From: an uncultured Citromicrobium sp. | GTDB lineage: Bacteria > Pseudomonadota > Alphaproteobacteria > Sphingomonadales > Sphingomonadaceae | Length of the DNA stretch: 64,000 nucleotides | NCBI GenBank assembly: GCA_964574905.1 | Contig: CAZNOY010000013.1 | Location: forward strand, 1,936 to 65,935 | Reading direction: 5' to 3' | Shown: in pieces, positions 40,504 to 51,135 of the stretch | Layout: each line of letters starts with the position of its first letter | How positions within the stretch are numbered: position 1 is the stretch's first letter | The notes under the pieces: model-generated | Told to the model about the DNA's origin: nothing | The model's database searches: none | What the model saw: the letters and a program-made list of their open reading frames with translations, nothing else | Position numbers and translations under genes: made by a program

Positions 40504-41121
40504 CTAACCCGGCGGGTCGCCGTCAGTGGCCATCGCTGCGAAGTCCGGCACGGCGATGCCCTTGCTCTCGTAGAAGCGCTGCGCCTCGATCATGTCGGCG
40601 GCGTAGTTGCCCGTGGGCATGATCGCCGGTCCGATGCCGCCGCTTTTCGTCGCGTAGTCGATCCATCCGCACAGGATCGGGACATCGGCGCGCAGGGCGA
40701 TCTGGTAGAAGCCGCTTTTCCAGCTTTCCGTGTTGGCGCGCGATCCTTCGGGCGCGATCGTCAGCAGCAGATCGTCGCGCGCGGCGAACTGCTCCGCCAT
40801 CTGTTCGACCAGATTGGCCTTGCGGCTGCGATCGACGGGAATGCCGCCCATGTCGCGCATGAAGCGCGCAATCGGCCAGCGGAACAGGCTCAGCTTGGCG
40901 ATGAAGCGGGTGCGCAGGCCGAGTTCTTGCGTGAGCCCCAGATAGTTGACCAGATCCCAGTTGGTCGCGTGCGGCACCGCGATGATCACGGCTTTGCGGG
41001 GCAGCACACGCGTTTGCGGGCCGCTGACGCTCGCGCGCCAGTTCTCGCGCCGGTAGAGCCACAGGAACACCGCCAGCGTGATCCGCGACAGGGCCGAGCG
41101 GCGGGGGTTCTCGGCGTTCAA
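40504..41121 (-). CDS. lysophospholipid acyltransferase (PlsC-like) family protein
   Basis: HX4D motif (PHATNWD) and a PEGSR-type block (APEGSR). Start is probably TTG 41121. Confidence 0.65.
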   Translation of the reverse strand: MNAENPRRSALSRITLAVFLWLYRRENWRASVSGPQTRVLPRKAVIIAVPHATNWDLVNYLGLTQELGLRTRFIAKLSLFRWPIARFMRDMGGIPVDRSRKANLVEQMAEQFAARDDLLLTIAPEGSRANTESWKSGFYQIALRADVPILCGWIDYATKSGGIGPAIMPTGNYAADMIEAQRFYESKGIAVPDFAAMATDGDPPG

Positions 41122-41251
41122 ATCATCGCACTCATCGAATGGTCCTCGATCCCCGTCTTCACGCGATAGGCCACCCTCCCCTTGCGTCAACCGCCCAGTC
41201 GATTGCCATGCCGGTTGCCAAGCGCGCGGCAAAGCGCCAGCGCAGGCGCGA

Positions 41252-42433
41252 ATGGATTATGATGCGATCATCCTGGGCGGCGGTGCCGCCGGGCTCTACT
41301 GCGCGGCGATTGCCGGGCAGCGCGGGCTGCGCGTGCTGCTGCTCGAACGGGCCGATCAGGTGGGCAAGAAGGTCCTCATCTCGGGCGGCGGGCGCTGCAA
41401 CTTCACCAATCTTGGCGCAGGCCCGCAAAACTACCTCTCCGCCAACCCGCACTTCGCCAAGTCGGCGCTCGCGCGCCATACCCCGCGCGATTTCCTCGAT
41501 CTGGTCGAGCGATACGGGATCGCGTGGCATGAAAAGACGCTTGGCCAGCTGTTCTGCGACGGCTCGGCCAAGCAGATCGTCGCGATGTTGCTCGCCGAGT
41601 GTGAAAAGGGCGCTGTCGAGGTGCTCACCGGGCAGGAGATCGGCACGGTGGCGCGCGACGATGCGGCCTTCGCGGTCGAGGCGAACGGCGTGAGCCACCG
41701 CGCGAGGTCGCTGGTAATCGCCACCGGCGGGCCATCGATTCCGAAGATGGGCGCGACCGGGTTCGCCTATGACCTCGCCCGCCAGTTCGGTCTCAAGGTG
41801 GTCGAGCCGCGGCCCGCGCTTGTCCCGCTGACGCTCGGCGGAGAGGACGTGCTGTTCCGCGAATTGTCGGGTGTGTCTGCCGAGGTCGCGGCGAGCGCGG
41901 GCCAGGGGAAGGCGGCGGCGACCTTCCGCGAGGCGGCTTTGCTCACGCACCGGGGCCTGTCGGGCCCGGCGATATTGCAGGCCAGCTCCTACTGGCGGCA
42001 CGGCGAGGCGCTGCGGATCGACTTCACGCCCGACGCACCGCGCGGCTGGCTGGTCGAGCGCAAGAACGCCGCGCCACGCGCCACGCTGACGCAGATCCTG
42101 CGCGAGCTGCTGCCCGAACGGCTGGCCGATACGCTCGCCGGGCGGATCGGGATCGACGGGCCCTTGCAGGGCGCATCGGACAAGGCACTGACGCAGGCCG
42201 AAGACCGTCTGCGCGGCTGGCAGTTCCACCCCAACGGCACCGAAGGCTTCGCCAAGGCCGAGGTTACCGCGGGCGGCATATCGACCGCCGAGCTGTCTTC
42301 GCAAACGATGGAGTCGAAGCGCGCGCCCGGCCTGTTCGCAATCGGCGAGGCGGTCGACGTGACCGGCTGGCTCGGCGGGTACAATTTCCAGTGGGCGTGG
42401 GCGAGCGCACACGCCTGCGCCAACGCGCTGTAA
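41252..42433 (+). CDS. NAD(P)/FAD-dependent oxidoreductase, HI0933/BaiN-like flavoprotein
   Basis: YDAIILGGGAAGLYCA...ISGGGRCNFTN...GGYNFQWAW. Confidence 0.85.
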   Translation: MDYDAIILGGGAAGLYCAAIAGQRGLRVLLLERADQVGKKVLISGGGRCNFTNLGAGPQNYLSANPHFAKSALARHTPRDFLDLVERYGIAWHEKTLGQLFCDGSAKQIVAMLLAECEKGAVEVLTGQEIGTVARDDAAFAVEANGVSHRARSLVIATGGPSIPKMGATGFAYDLARQFGLKVVEPRPALVPLTLGGEDVLFRELSGVSAEVAASAGQGKAAATFREAALLTHRGLSGPAILQASSYWRHGEALRIDFTPDAPRGWLVERKNAAPRATLTQILRELLPERLADTLAGRIGIDGPLQGASDKALTQAEDRLRGWQFHPNGTEGFAKAEVTAGGISTAELSSQTMESKRAPGLFAIGEAVDVTGWLGGYNFQWAWASAHACANAL

Positions 42434-42501
42434 CGCGTCCTCTGGCCAAGCGGCACGCGACGCGGCAGGATCGCCAAGGGTCGCGCCGTCAGGAGGCTGC
42501 C

Positions 42502-43167
42502 GTGGTTCGTTCGATTTTTCGCTGGCTGGTCGCAGCCGCGCTGGCCGCTGGAATACAGGCCACCGCCTTTGCGCAGGACACCACCTGCCGCAACGGGCTG
42601 TTCGCCGACGGCGAAGGATTCCGCCAGGCGCAGGTGACCGCGAAGCGCGCGTTCTTCCACGAAGACAGCGATGGCTGCCCGACTGCGGGCGCGTGCCGCA
42701 CCCGGTCCTACGTCATCCGGGGTGACGCGCTGGTGATCGACGGGCGCAAGCTGGGTGACTTCGTGTGCGCCTTCTACCCGAACGACGTCGGCGGCACGGC
42801 GGGCTGGATCAAGGCCTCGCTGCTGCGCATCGAGCTTGCCGATACCACGCCCGCAGCATCGCGCTGGGAGGGCGCATGGACCGATGGCGCCAGCGCCGAC
42901 GTGTCGATCGTCCGCGAAGGGGCACGCACCTTCATCAGCGGCAACGCATTCTGGCCCGCCCGGCCCGAGGAAAACGATTGGGTTTCGATCCATATCGGCG
43001 AGGTCGACGGGGCGCTCGATATCACCGGCCACCGCGCGACCTACGCAGACGACATGCTGTGCGAACTCAAACTGACGCTGCTCCGCGATTTCCTGCTGAT
43101 CTCCGACAACCGCCGCTGCGGCGGTGCCAACGTGACCTTCAGCGGGGTCTACACGCGGGCAGACTAG
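42502..43167 (+). CDS. secreted hypothetical protein
   Basis: GTG start with AGGAGG 6 nt upstream. Signal peptide (VVRSIFRWLVAAALAAGIQATAFA). Confidence 0.55.
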   Translation: MVRSIFRWLVAAALAAGIQATAFAQDTTCRNGLFADGEGFRQAQVTAKRAFFHEDSDGCPTAGACRTRSYVIRGDALVIDGRKLGDFVCAFYPNDVGGTAGWIKASLLRIELADTTPAASRWEGAWTDGASADVSIVREGARTFISGNAFWPARPEENDWVSIHIGEVDGALDITGHRATYADDMLCELKLTLLRDFLLISDNRRCGGANVTFSGVYTRAD

Positions 43168-43190
43168 CGGGCGTCACACGCTGAACGCGG

Positions 43191-44096
43191 TCACTCCGCA
43201 GGTGGAAACCACGTCAGCTGTTTCGCCGGGTCCATCACGAAGACCATCTGCCTGATCCACGGCCAGCCAATCAGCGGGTGGTCGATATCGGCAAAGCTGA
43301 CCACCGGGTTTTCGACCGACCATGAACCGGCGGAGAGCATGCCGTCGATTTTCGCTTCGTAGAAGGGCACGCTGGAAGCGTTCGCGGCAAAGCCCAATTC
43401 GCCGACCTTTTCGGGCGGTGTCAGGAAGGGAAACTTGTCGCGGTACGACAGCGGCAGGATGATCGGGCTGGTGCTTCCGGTGTCGACGATCGCGTCGATC
43501 TTCAATTCGCCGAACGTCAATTCGATCAGCGGCACGGTGTCGGTCTTGTCGCCAGCCCATTTCACCGGCTCTCCCCAATCGGCATCCGGGGTTTGGGACG
43601 CAAGCACCGTCAGCGTCGATGCAGGGCCGTCGAACCGGACGAGTGCACCGTCGAAACTCGATGGCGCGATGATCCCCTCGGCATCGTCGCGATCATAGGG
43701 AAACACGGTGCCCCTGCGATTGGGGATGGCCACCGTTCCGATGCGCATGTTGCGAAAGCAGCTTTCGAAGCCGGGCACCGGATCGCCTGCTCCATCGACC
43801 GAATTGGACGCGCCAAGGTTCGGCAGGTCGAGGCGATCGGACAGATCGTAGGAGACCAGGTTTCCGCCCGACCCGAAATCGAGCACGAAGGGCGTGCGCG
43901 GAAAACCGTCGAGCTCGACCATCACCAGCGGGGAAACCTCCGAAGAGAACACCGGGATGTCGACATCCGTGTCGGCGGGCGTGAGCATTTTCGGGCCGTC
44001 ATCCCCGCACGCCTGCACTTGCGCACCGGCAGGAGAAAGTCCGGCGAAGGCGATGGACGCGGCCAAGGCAATTTGAATAGGAAGAAAACGCGACAC
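43191..44096 (-). CDS. secreted retropepsin-like aspartic protease paralogue
   Basis: Signal peptide. One canonical site (AIVDTGSTSPII) and one degenerate site (FVLDFGSGGNLV). Confidence 0.65.
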   Translation of the reverse strand: MSRFLPIQIALAASIAFAGLSPAGAQVQACGDDGPKMLTPADTDVDIPVFSSEVSPLVMVELDGFPRTPFVLDFGSGGNLVSYDLSDRLDLPNLGASNSVDGAGDPVPGFESCFRNMRIGTVAIPNRRGTVFPYDRDDAEGIIAPSSFDGALVRFDGPASTLTVLASQTPDADWGEPVKWAGDKTDTVPLIELTFGELKIDAIVDTGSTSPIILPLSYRDKFPFLTPPEKVGELGFAANASSVPFYEAKIDGMLSAGSWSVENPVVSFADIDHPLIGWPWIRQMVFVMDPAKQLTWFPPAE

Positions 44097-44185
44097 GGGG
44101 CATATCTCCAGTTAGTACGATTAGTACTAAATAGAGCGGGGGCGCGATTCTGACAAGCCAGCTGACCGAAATCGAAGGTGCGATA

Positions 44186-44668
44186 ATGTCCGAGATCGCG
44201 GATCGCGGGCAGAAAACCGCGTTCCAGGTGCGCAAGGCATTCCAGCAATCGCCCTCGATCGAGTGGAGCGGCAGCGCGGGTGCGGTCTATCCGGCGGTCA
44301 GGCGGCTGATCGCGGCGGGTCTGCTCGACGCGGTGGAGCAGGACGACAAGCGCGCAACGCGGCACCTGTTCCTGACGGCGCAGGGCCGGGCGGCGTTGAA
44401 GGACTGGTCGCGCGATTGCCTGCGCTCGGTCAGCGTCGGGATCGATCCGTTCCGCCTGCGCTCGGGCATCTGGCTGCAATCGGGCGAGCTTGAGGACGAA
44501 GCCTTCGTCGCCGAATTGCGATCCGCGCTGGAGGCGCGGCTTGCGGCGGAGATCGAAGACCAGAAGCACGAAGATCCGGTCGAGGCGATCCGGATCGAAC
44601 TCAATATCCGCCTGCTGAAGATGCGGATCGCATGGCTGGAAGAGGCAGTCGCAACGGCGCGCGACTAG
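44186..44668 (+). CDS. PadR-like winged-helix transcriptional regulator
   Basis: SAGAVYPAVRRLIAAGLL resembles the PadR recognition region. Transcribed divergently from the protease gene. Confidence 0.55.
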   Translation: MSEIADRGQKTAFQVRKAFQQSPSIEWSGSAGAVYPAVRRLIAAGLLDAVEQDDKRATRHLFLTAQGRAALKDWSRDCLRSVSVGIDPFRLRSGIWLQSGELEDEAFVAELRSALEARLAAEIEDQKHEDPVEAIRIELNIRLLKMRIAWLEEAVATARD

Positions 44669-44679
44669 CCCGCCGGCAC

Positions 44680-44786
44680 TCAGCGCTTCTTCACGAACGC
44701 GGCTTCACGAACGCGGCGCGGGAGAGAAGGCCCTTGTCGGATAGATACTCGCAGTCGAGCGTCGAGGTGAGTGTGTGCGCGGTCAT
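44680..44786 (-). pseudogene. degenerate duplicate of the phnA-like gene 3' end
   Basis: The first 19 nt are identical to 45637-45655, followed by about 70% identity over about 65 nt. A 14-nt tandem duplication (cttcacgaacgcgg x2, 44689-44716) shifts ...AAFVKKR* to ...AAFVKPRS*. Confidence 0.6.
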
Positions 44787-44850
44787 GGAAACTCCTTGTG
44801 TGCGCCCAATCCCCACTGCATCCTCTCGCCTAGGTAAGAGGAGCCACGGT

Positions 44851-45600
44851 ATGCGGATCGCACCCACCATTCTTGCAGCACTGGTTTTTGCAGGTGCGGG
44901 ATCGACGCCCGCCCACGCCGACATTGCTGCACGTTTCGAGACCGTCGACGAAGATACTCCCATGAAAATGGAGATGACTCTCGAGGCGGACGAAAACGGC
45001 AACGTGCGAATACAGATACCGCGGCTGAGTTTCTACTATTTGCTCACTGACGGCGACGTGTTCCAGGTCACGGCCAGCGAAAGGGGCCCAACGGTCATTC
45101 GGATTGCAGACTTGCTTACCGTCCAGGCGGAGATTGTGGACGAGTTTTTCCCCAAAAAGGAGGAAACGCTTGAAGTGCCGAAATCGAATTTCGCACGAAT
45201 GGGGCAGGAGACCGTCGGAGGTCGCATCGGCACCGGCTACGGCATCGTCACCGAGGAGGATCAGGAACCCCAATACGCTTCGCTCGTCATCAGCGACAAC
45301 CCGCAACTTGCGCCGATTGGGGAGGCGCTAGCCGATTCCAAAGCTGCGATGGCGAAGTCGCTAGTGTCGTTGGGATCGATGGGCACTATGCTCGAAATGA
45401 TGGACGAAGAGATTATCGATATCCTTCGACAGGGCGCACCCTTGCGGATGCTATCGATCGAATTGACCGATGTATCGCTCGATCCTATCCCGCCGGAGCG
45501 ACTTGCCTTGCCCGCAGAACCGCTGACGCTCGATCAATTGCGCAACCTCGCGCGGCCAGAGCTGGAAGAGCCACCGACGCTGCCCCCGCACGAGGACTGA
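44851..45600 (+). CDS. secreted hypothetical protein (249 aa), lower-GC gene
   Basis: Signal peptide (MRIAPTILAALVFAGAGSTPAHA) from the internal ATG 44851. No family recognised. Confidence 0.6.
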   Translation: MRIAPTILAALVFAGAGSTPAHADIAARFETVDEDTPMKMEMTLEADENGNVRIQIPRLSFYYLLTDGDVFQVTASERGPTVIRIADLLTVQAEIVDEFFPKKEETLEVPKSNFARMGQETVGGRIGTGYGIVTEEDQEPQYASLVISDNPQLAPIGEALADSKAAMAKSLVSLGSMGTMLEMMDEEIIDILRQGAPLRMLSIELTDVSLDPIPPERLALPAEPLTLDQLRNLARPELEEPPTLPPHED

Positions 45601-45636
45601 GGACTCTGCCGCGCTGCCAGCTTGGTGCAGTACGGA

Positions 45637-45942
45637 TCAGCGCTTCTTCACGAACTCCGCGCGCAGGACGAGGCCCTTGATGCCGGGGTACCTGCAGTCG
45701 ATTTCCTGCGCGTCACCGGTCAGGCGGATCGACTTGAGCAGCGTGCCCTGCTTCAGCGTCTGGCCCGCGCCCTTGACCTCCAGATCCTTGATCAGCGTCA
45801 CCTGGTCGCCATCGGCCAGCAGGTTGCCCACCGCGTCGCGCACTTCGATCCGGTCGGCCGCGGCCTGCTTTGCGGCCAGTTCGGAAGCGGGCATCCACTC
45901 GCCGCTTTCCTCGTCATAGACGTAATCTTCGTCGGCGCTCAT
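45637..45942 (-). CDS. PhnA C-terminal-domain protein
   Basis: GNLLADGDQVTLIKDLEVKGAGQTLKQGT...IDCRYPGIKGLVLRAEFVKKR. No N-terminal zinc ribbon is visible. Confidence 0.7.
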   Translation of the reverse strand: MSADEDYVYDEESGEWMPASELAAKQAAADRIEVRDAVGNLLADGDQVTLIKDLEVKGAGQTLKQGTLLKSIRLTGDAQEIDCRYPGIKGLVLRAEFVKKR

Positions 45943-46147
45943 CGGGTGGCTCCAGCGGGTTCGCAGTGGTGCGGGGAGGTGGGAACGGGTGCGTTCATGC
46001 TGCATCCGCCTAGCGCGTCGTGCCCCGCTTGCAAACTTCCCCGTGGCCGTACGTCGATCCAGATAAACCGCTCGTCAGCATGGCATTGCTGCTCGCGCGC
46101 GGGGGGCCTAGGTGCGAGGTTTAACTTTGCCGCAAATGGACCTGCCC

Positions 46148-48232
46148 ATGAAGACCCCGCTTCTTGCCACCCTCCTCGTCTGCTCGACCGCGCTTGGCGC
46201 GCTGACTGCCTGCGACATGCCCGGCACGACCGAGCAGACCGAGAACGCGCCCCAGGGCACCGAGCTCGGCATCCGCACCGAGTGGATGGATACCTCCGTC
46301 GAGCCGGGCAACGACTGGTACGACTATGTCGACGGCGGCTGGATGAAGACGACCGAAATCCCCGCCGACCGATCGGGCGTGGGCGGTTTCTACATTGCCG
46401 ACCAGCAGACCGAGAAGAACCTTGCCGCACTGATCGACGAGATCCAGAAGAGCGATCCCAAGGCGGGCACCAATGCCGCGCGGGTCAAGGCGTTCTACAA
46501 TGCCTACCTCGATACCGACCAGATCAATGCCGACGGCATGAAGCCGATTCAGGCCGATCTCAAGCGGTTCGAGGCGATCAAGGACAAGAAGCAGCTGGCC
46601 ACGGTTCTGGGCCAGCAGACCCGCGCCGATGTCGATCCGCTCAACGCGACCAACTTCTGGACCGAAAACCTGTTCGGCGTGTTCGTGACGCAGGCGCTCA
46701 AGGGCGGCGAGGTCGTTCCCTACATCCTGCAGGGCGGCCTCGGCATGCCCGAGCGCGAATACTACCTTTCCGGCGATAGCGAGATGAGCGGCCTGCGCTC
46801 GCAATATCGCGATTACATCGCTTCGGTGCTCAAGGCGTCGAATATCGACGATGCGGACGCCAAGGCCCAGCGGATCTTCGACCTCGAGACGAAGATCGCC
46901 AAGGCGCATACCAGCCGCGAGGAAAGCGACGACTGGACGGTCGCCAGCCAGCTGTGGAGCCGCGACGACTTCGCCAAGAAGGCGCCGGGTCTCGACTGGA
47001 AGGCCTATTTCGACGCTGCCCAGCTGGGCAAGTTCGACACGTTCGACGCCTACCATGCCAACGCGATCCCGAAGATTGCCGCGCTGGTCGAATCCGAACC
47101 GCTCGACGCGTGGAAGGACTGGCTCGCCTTCCATCAGATCAACAGCCATGCAAGCGTGCTGCCGACCAAGCTGGATGACCTGCATTTCGCGTTCTACGGC
47201 AAGGCGCTGTCGGGGGCGGAAGAGCAGCGCCCGCGCGACAAGCGCGCGCTCTCCGCGGTCAACCTCTATATGGGCGACGCGCTGGGCCAGCTGTATGTCG
47301 ACAAGTACTTCCCCGCCTCGGCCAAGACCGAGATCAAGGGCATGGTCGACAACATCAAGACCGCCTTTTCCCAGCGGATCGACAAGGTCGACTGGATGGC
47401 GGACAAGACCAAGGCCGAAGCCAAGAAGAAGGTCGAGACGATGGAAGTGGGCGTCGGCTATCCCGACACCTGGACCAGCTATGATGGCCTCTCGGTTTCG
47501 CCCGACAACGCCTATGCCAACGTGATTGCGGCGGAGAAACTGCGCTACAAGCAGCAGCTGGCCAAGATCGGCAAGCCGCAGGACAAGGGCGAGTGGTGGA
47601 TGAACGCCCAGCTGGTCAACGCGGTCAACCTGCCGGTTCAGAACTCGCTGAACTTCCCCGCCGCGATCCTGCAGCCGCCATTCTTCGATCCCAAGGCCGA
47701 CCCTGCCTTCAATTATGGCGCGATCGGTGCCGTGATCGGTCACGAGATCAGCCACAGCTTCGACAATAACGGCGCGGCGTTCGATTCCACCGGCGCAATG
47801 CGCGACTGGTGGACAGAGGCCGACATGGCCAAGTTCGAGGAAGCGGGTCAGGCGCTGGCCAAGCAGTACGACCAGTACGAACCCTTCCCCGGCCTCAACG
47901 TGAAGGGCGAGCTGACGCTGGGCGAGAACATCGCCGACCTGGCCGGGTTGCAGGCCGCCTACGACGCCTACCACGCCTCGCTCGGGGGCAAGAAAGCGCC
48001 GGTGATCGACGGCTTCACCGGCGACCAGCGGTTCTTCATCGCCTACGGCCAGACCTGGGCGACCAAGATGCGCGAAGCCGCGCTGCGCCAGCGGATCGCG
48101 ACCGACGGCCACGCGCCGGGTAACTACCGCGCGCTGACCGTGCGCAACATCGATGCATGGTACAAGGCGTTCGACGTCAAGCCGGACGACAAGCTGTACC
48201 TGCCGCCCGAAAAGCGCGTGAAGGTCTGGTAA
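46148..48232 (+). CDS. M13 family metallopeptidase (PepO/endothelin-converting-enzyme-like) lipoprotein
   Basis: HEISHSFD zinc motif, GENIADLAG, lipobox (LTAC). Confidence 0.9.
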   Translation: MKTPLLATLLVCSTALGALTACDMPGTTEQTENAPQGTELGIRTEWMDTSVEPGNDWYDYVDGGWMKTTEIPADRSGVGGFYIADQQTEKNLAALIDEIQKSDPKAGTNAARVKAFYNAYLDTDQINADGMKPIQADLKRFEAIKDKKQLATVLGQQTRADVDPLNATNFWTENLFGVFVTQALKGGEVVPYILQGGLGMPEREYYLSGDSEMSGLRSQYRDYIASVLKASNIDDADAKAQRIFDLETKIAKAHTSREESDDWTVASQLWSRDDFAKKAPGLDWKAYFDAAQLGKFDTFDAYHANAIPKIAALVESEPLDAWKDWLAFHQINSHASVLPTKLDDLHFAFYGKALSGAEEQRPRDKRALSAVNLYMGDALGQLYVDKYFPASAKTEIKGMVDNIKTAFSQRIDKVDWMADKTKAEAKKKVETMEVGVGYPDTWTSYDGLSVSPDNAYANVIAAEKLRYKQQLAKIGKPQDKGEWWMNAQLVNAVNLPVQNSLNFPAAILQPPFFDPKADPAFNYGAIGAVIGHEISHSFDNNGAAFDSTGAMRDWWTEADMAKFEEAGQALAKQYDQYEPFPGLNVKGELTLGENIADLAGLQAAYDAYHASLGGKKAPVIDGFTGDQRFFIAYGQTWATKMREAALRQRIATDGHAPGNYRALTVRNIDAWYKAFDVKPDDKLYLPPEKRVKVW

Positions 48233-48287
48233 CGACAGGCTTCCCGAAGGGCGGCAGCAGGCACGCTGCCGCCCTTCGGGCGTGCCA

Positions 48288-48572
48288 TCACTCGGGCTGC
48301 GGCTGCCCGCCACTATCGCCCGGTTTGCCGGCGAACAGGTAGCGGTATACGCCGACCACATTGATCGCGAGCAGGCCGATATTCTGCCAGCCGATGCCCT
48401 GCCCTTCGTCGTTGAGGAAGCCCCACGCGATCAGCGCGATCGAACTGCTGACGAAGATCACGAAGGCCCAGCCGGTCGGGCGGATACCGAGGTTGAGCGA
48501 CACGATCAGCGCCGCGATCAGCCCGGCGCCCGCGCCGTACCATTGCAGGATGTTGAGCAGCGTCTCGTTCAT
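48288..48572 (-). CDS. small three-helix membrane protein
   Basis: 94 aa from the internal ATG 48572, three hydrophobic segments. Confidence 0.45.
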   Translation of the reverse strand: MNETLLNILQWYGAGAGLIAALIVSLNLGIRPTGWAFVIFVSSSIALIAWGFLNDEGQGIGWQNIGLLAINVVGVYRYLFAGKPGDSGGQPQPE

Positions 48573-48856
48573 TGGCGGGGCCTTTCGCGACTGCGCGGCG
48601 GCGATCCACCACGCACACAGCTGAACGAGCACGCCTCGCCTTGTTTCCGCCTGCGTCTGCGTGTGACGAGGTTCGTGTCGCGGTCGATGACCATGCGGTG
48701 GATTCCACTCATGCCCGCGCCGATGTCGGGCAGGCTGGCACCGCAAGTGGAGCCGGCCCGGTGCCCGCAACAATTTGCAAACACGGGAGAAATGCACGTC
48801 TCTTATGGCGTTCCCCTGCAAGACGCCTATATCGGGAAATCTATCGGAAGGGGCGG

Positions 48857-50368
48857 ATGGATTCGATTGTCACCAAGAACGGCCGGGACGACAATCGCCC
48901 CGAAGCCACGGCCGCAGCGCCCGACGCGCGGGCGCGCGAGCTTGCGCCGTTCGGCGTCGATTCGCTGGAGGACGACCCCGAGCTGCGCTCGATAGCGGAT
49001 TTCGCCGCGAGGCTGTGCAACACGCCGAGCGCCAGCGTGACCATCGTCGAACACAAACGCCAGCGGTTCCTCGCACGCCACGGGATGGAAGATCGCGAGA
49101 CGCCGCGTTCGGTCAGCTTCTGCGCGCAGGCGATGCAGGGGCGCGACCTGTTCATAGTGCCCGACGCCACGCAGGACCCGCGCTTCGTCGACAACGCGCT
49201 GGTCACCGGGCCGCCGCACCTTCGCTTTTACGCAGGCGCCCCGCTGGTGACCGAGGACGGGACCGAGCTGGGCGCGCTGTGCGTGATCGATACCGAGCCG
49301 CACCCCGAAGGGCTGAGCGATTTCCAGCAGGAGGGGCTGCGCGTGCTCGCACGCTCGGCGCTGCGGCGCTTCGTCAACGAACGCGAGGCGCGGCGATCGC
49401 GCGCGCGCGACAAGGACCGCGCGCGGATGCTCTCGCTGGTGCTCGATTCGGTGCCGGGGATCGCATGGTCGGCGAACGAGGCGCTCGAATTCGATTTCTT
49501 CAATGCCCGCTGGGCCGAAGTTACCGGAGCCGAGACCCCCACGACGCTGGACGACTGGCGCGAGCATATCCATCCCGACGAATTCGACCGGACCATCGAA
49601 AAGTTCACCTTTTGCGCCGAACGGAAGCTCGTCTTCAGCGATGAATGGCGGCTGCGCCTGCACGATGGTTCGTATCGCTGGGCGCTGAGCCGCGCGGTGC
49701 CGATCGAGCTGGGCGATGGCGGCTGGCGCTGGGTCGGCACGATCATCGACGTCGACGACGCACACCGCCTGTCGGACAGCCGCGACCTGCTGGCCCGCGA
49801 GCTATCGCACCGGATCAAGAACATCTTCGCGGTCGTCGCCAGCCTGATCACGCTGTCCGCCCGGCGCGACCCCGCCCTGCGCGCCTTCGCGCAGGAGATG
49901 ACCGACAAGATTTCCGCGCTCGGCCGCGCGCACCAGTTCGTCGCGCCGACCGGCATCGTCGAGGAAAATTCGCTGCACGGCCTGCTCGAACAGATCTTCG
50001 CCCCCTATCGCGAAGGCGACACCCCGCGTGTGATGATAGCGGGCGAAGATCTGCCGGTGCAGGCGCGCGCCGCCACGCCGCTGGCGCTGGTGTTCCATGA
50101 ACTCGCGACCAATTCGGCCAAGTATGGCGTGCTTTCGCGCGACGATGGCCGCGTGGACGTGACGATTGCGAAGGAAGAGCCGGAGCGGCTGCGGATCGTG
50201 TGGCACGAACCCGGCGTCGCCCCGCAAGGCGAAGAACCCGAGGGCTTCGGATCGCGCCTGCTGCGCATGAGCGTAGAGGGGCAGATGCAGGGCCAGATCG
50301 ATCGGCAATGGTCGGACGACGGGCTGACGGTGACGCTGGACCTTTCCCTTCGCGTCCTCGCCGGGTAG
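48857..50368 (+). CDS. GAF/PAS sensor histidine kinase of the HWE/HisKA_2 type
   Basis: ELSHRIKNIFAVVASLI (H box), HELATNSAKYG, with GAF-like and PAS-like regions upstream. Confidence 0.85.
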   Translation: MDSIVTKNGRDDNRPEATAAAPDARARELAPFGVDSLEDDPELRSIADFAARLCNTPSASVTIVEHKRQRFLARHGMEDRETPRSVSFCAQAMQGRDLFIVPDATQDPRFVDNALVTGPPHLRFYAGAPLVTEDGTELGALCVIDTEPHPEGLSDFQQEGLRVLARSALRRFVNEREARRSRARDKDRARMLSLVLDSVPGIAWSANEALEFDFFNARWAEVTGAETPTTLDDWREHIHPDEFDRTIEKFTFCAERKLVFSDEWRLRLHDGSYRWALSRAVPIELGDGGWRWVGTIIDVDDAHRLSDSRDLLARELSHRIKNIFAVVASLITLSARRDPALRAFAQEMTDKISALGRAHQFVAPTGIVEENSLHGLLEQIFAPYREGDTPRVMIAGEDLPVQARAATPLALVFHELATNSAKYGVLSRDDGRVDVTIAKEEPERLRIVWHEPGVAPQGEEPEGFGSRLLRMSVEGQMQGQIDRQWSDDGLTVTLDLSLRVLAG

Positions 50369-50379
50369 CATCCCGGCGG

Positions 50380-51131
<752 letters not shown>

Positions 51132-51135
<4 letters not shown>

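Noticed and set aside
46121-48361. 746-aa minus-strand ORF.
   Set aside because: It is antisense to the M13 peptidase gene (HEISH motif), so this is a shadow ORF.
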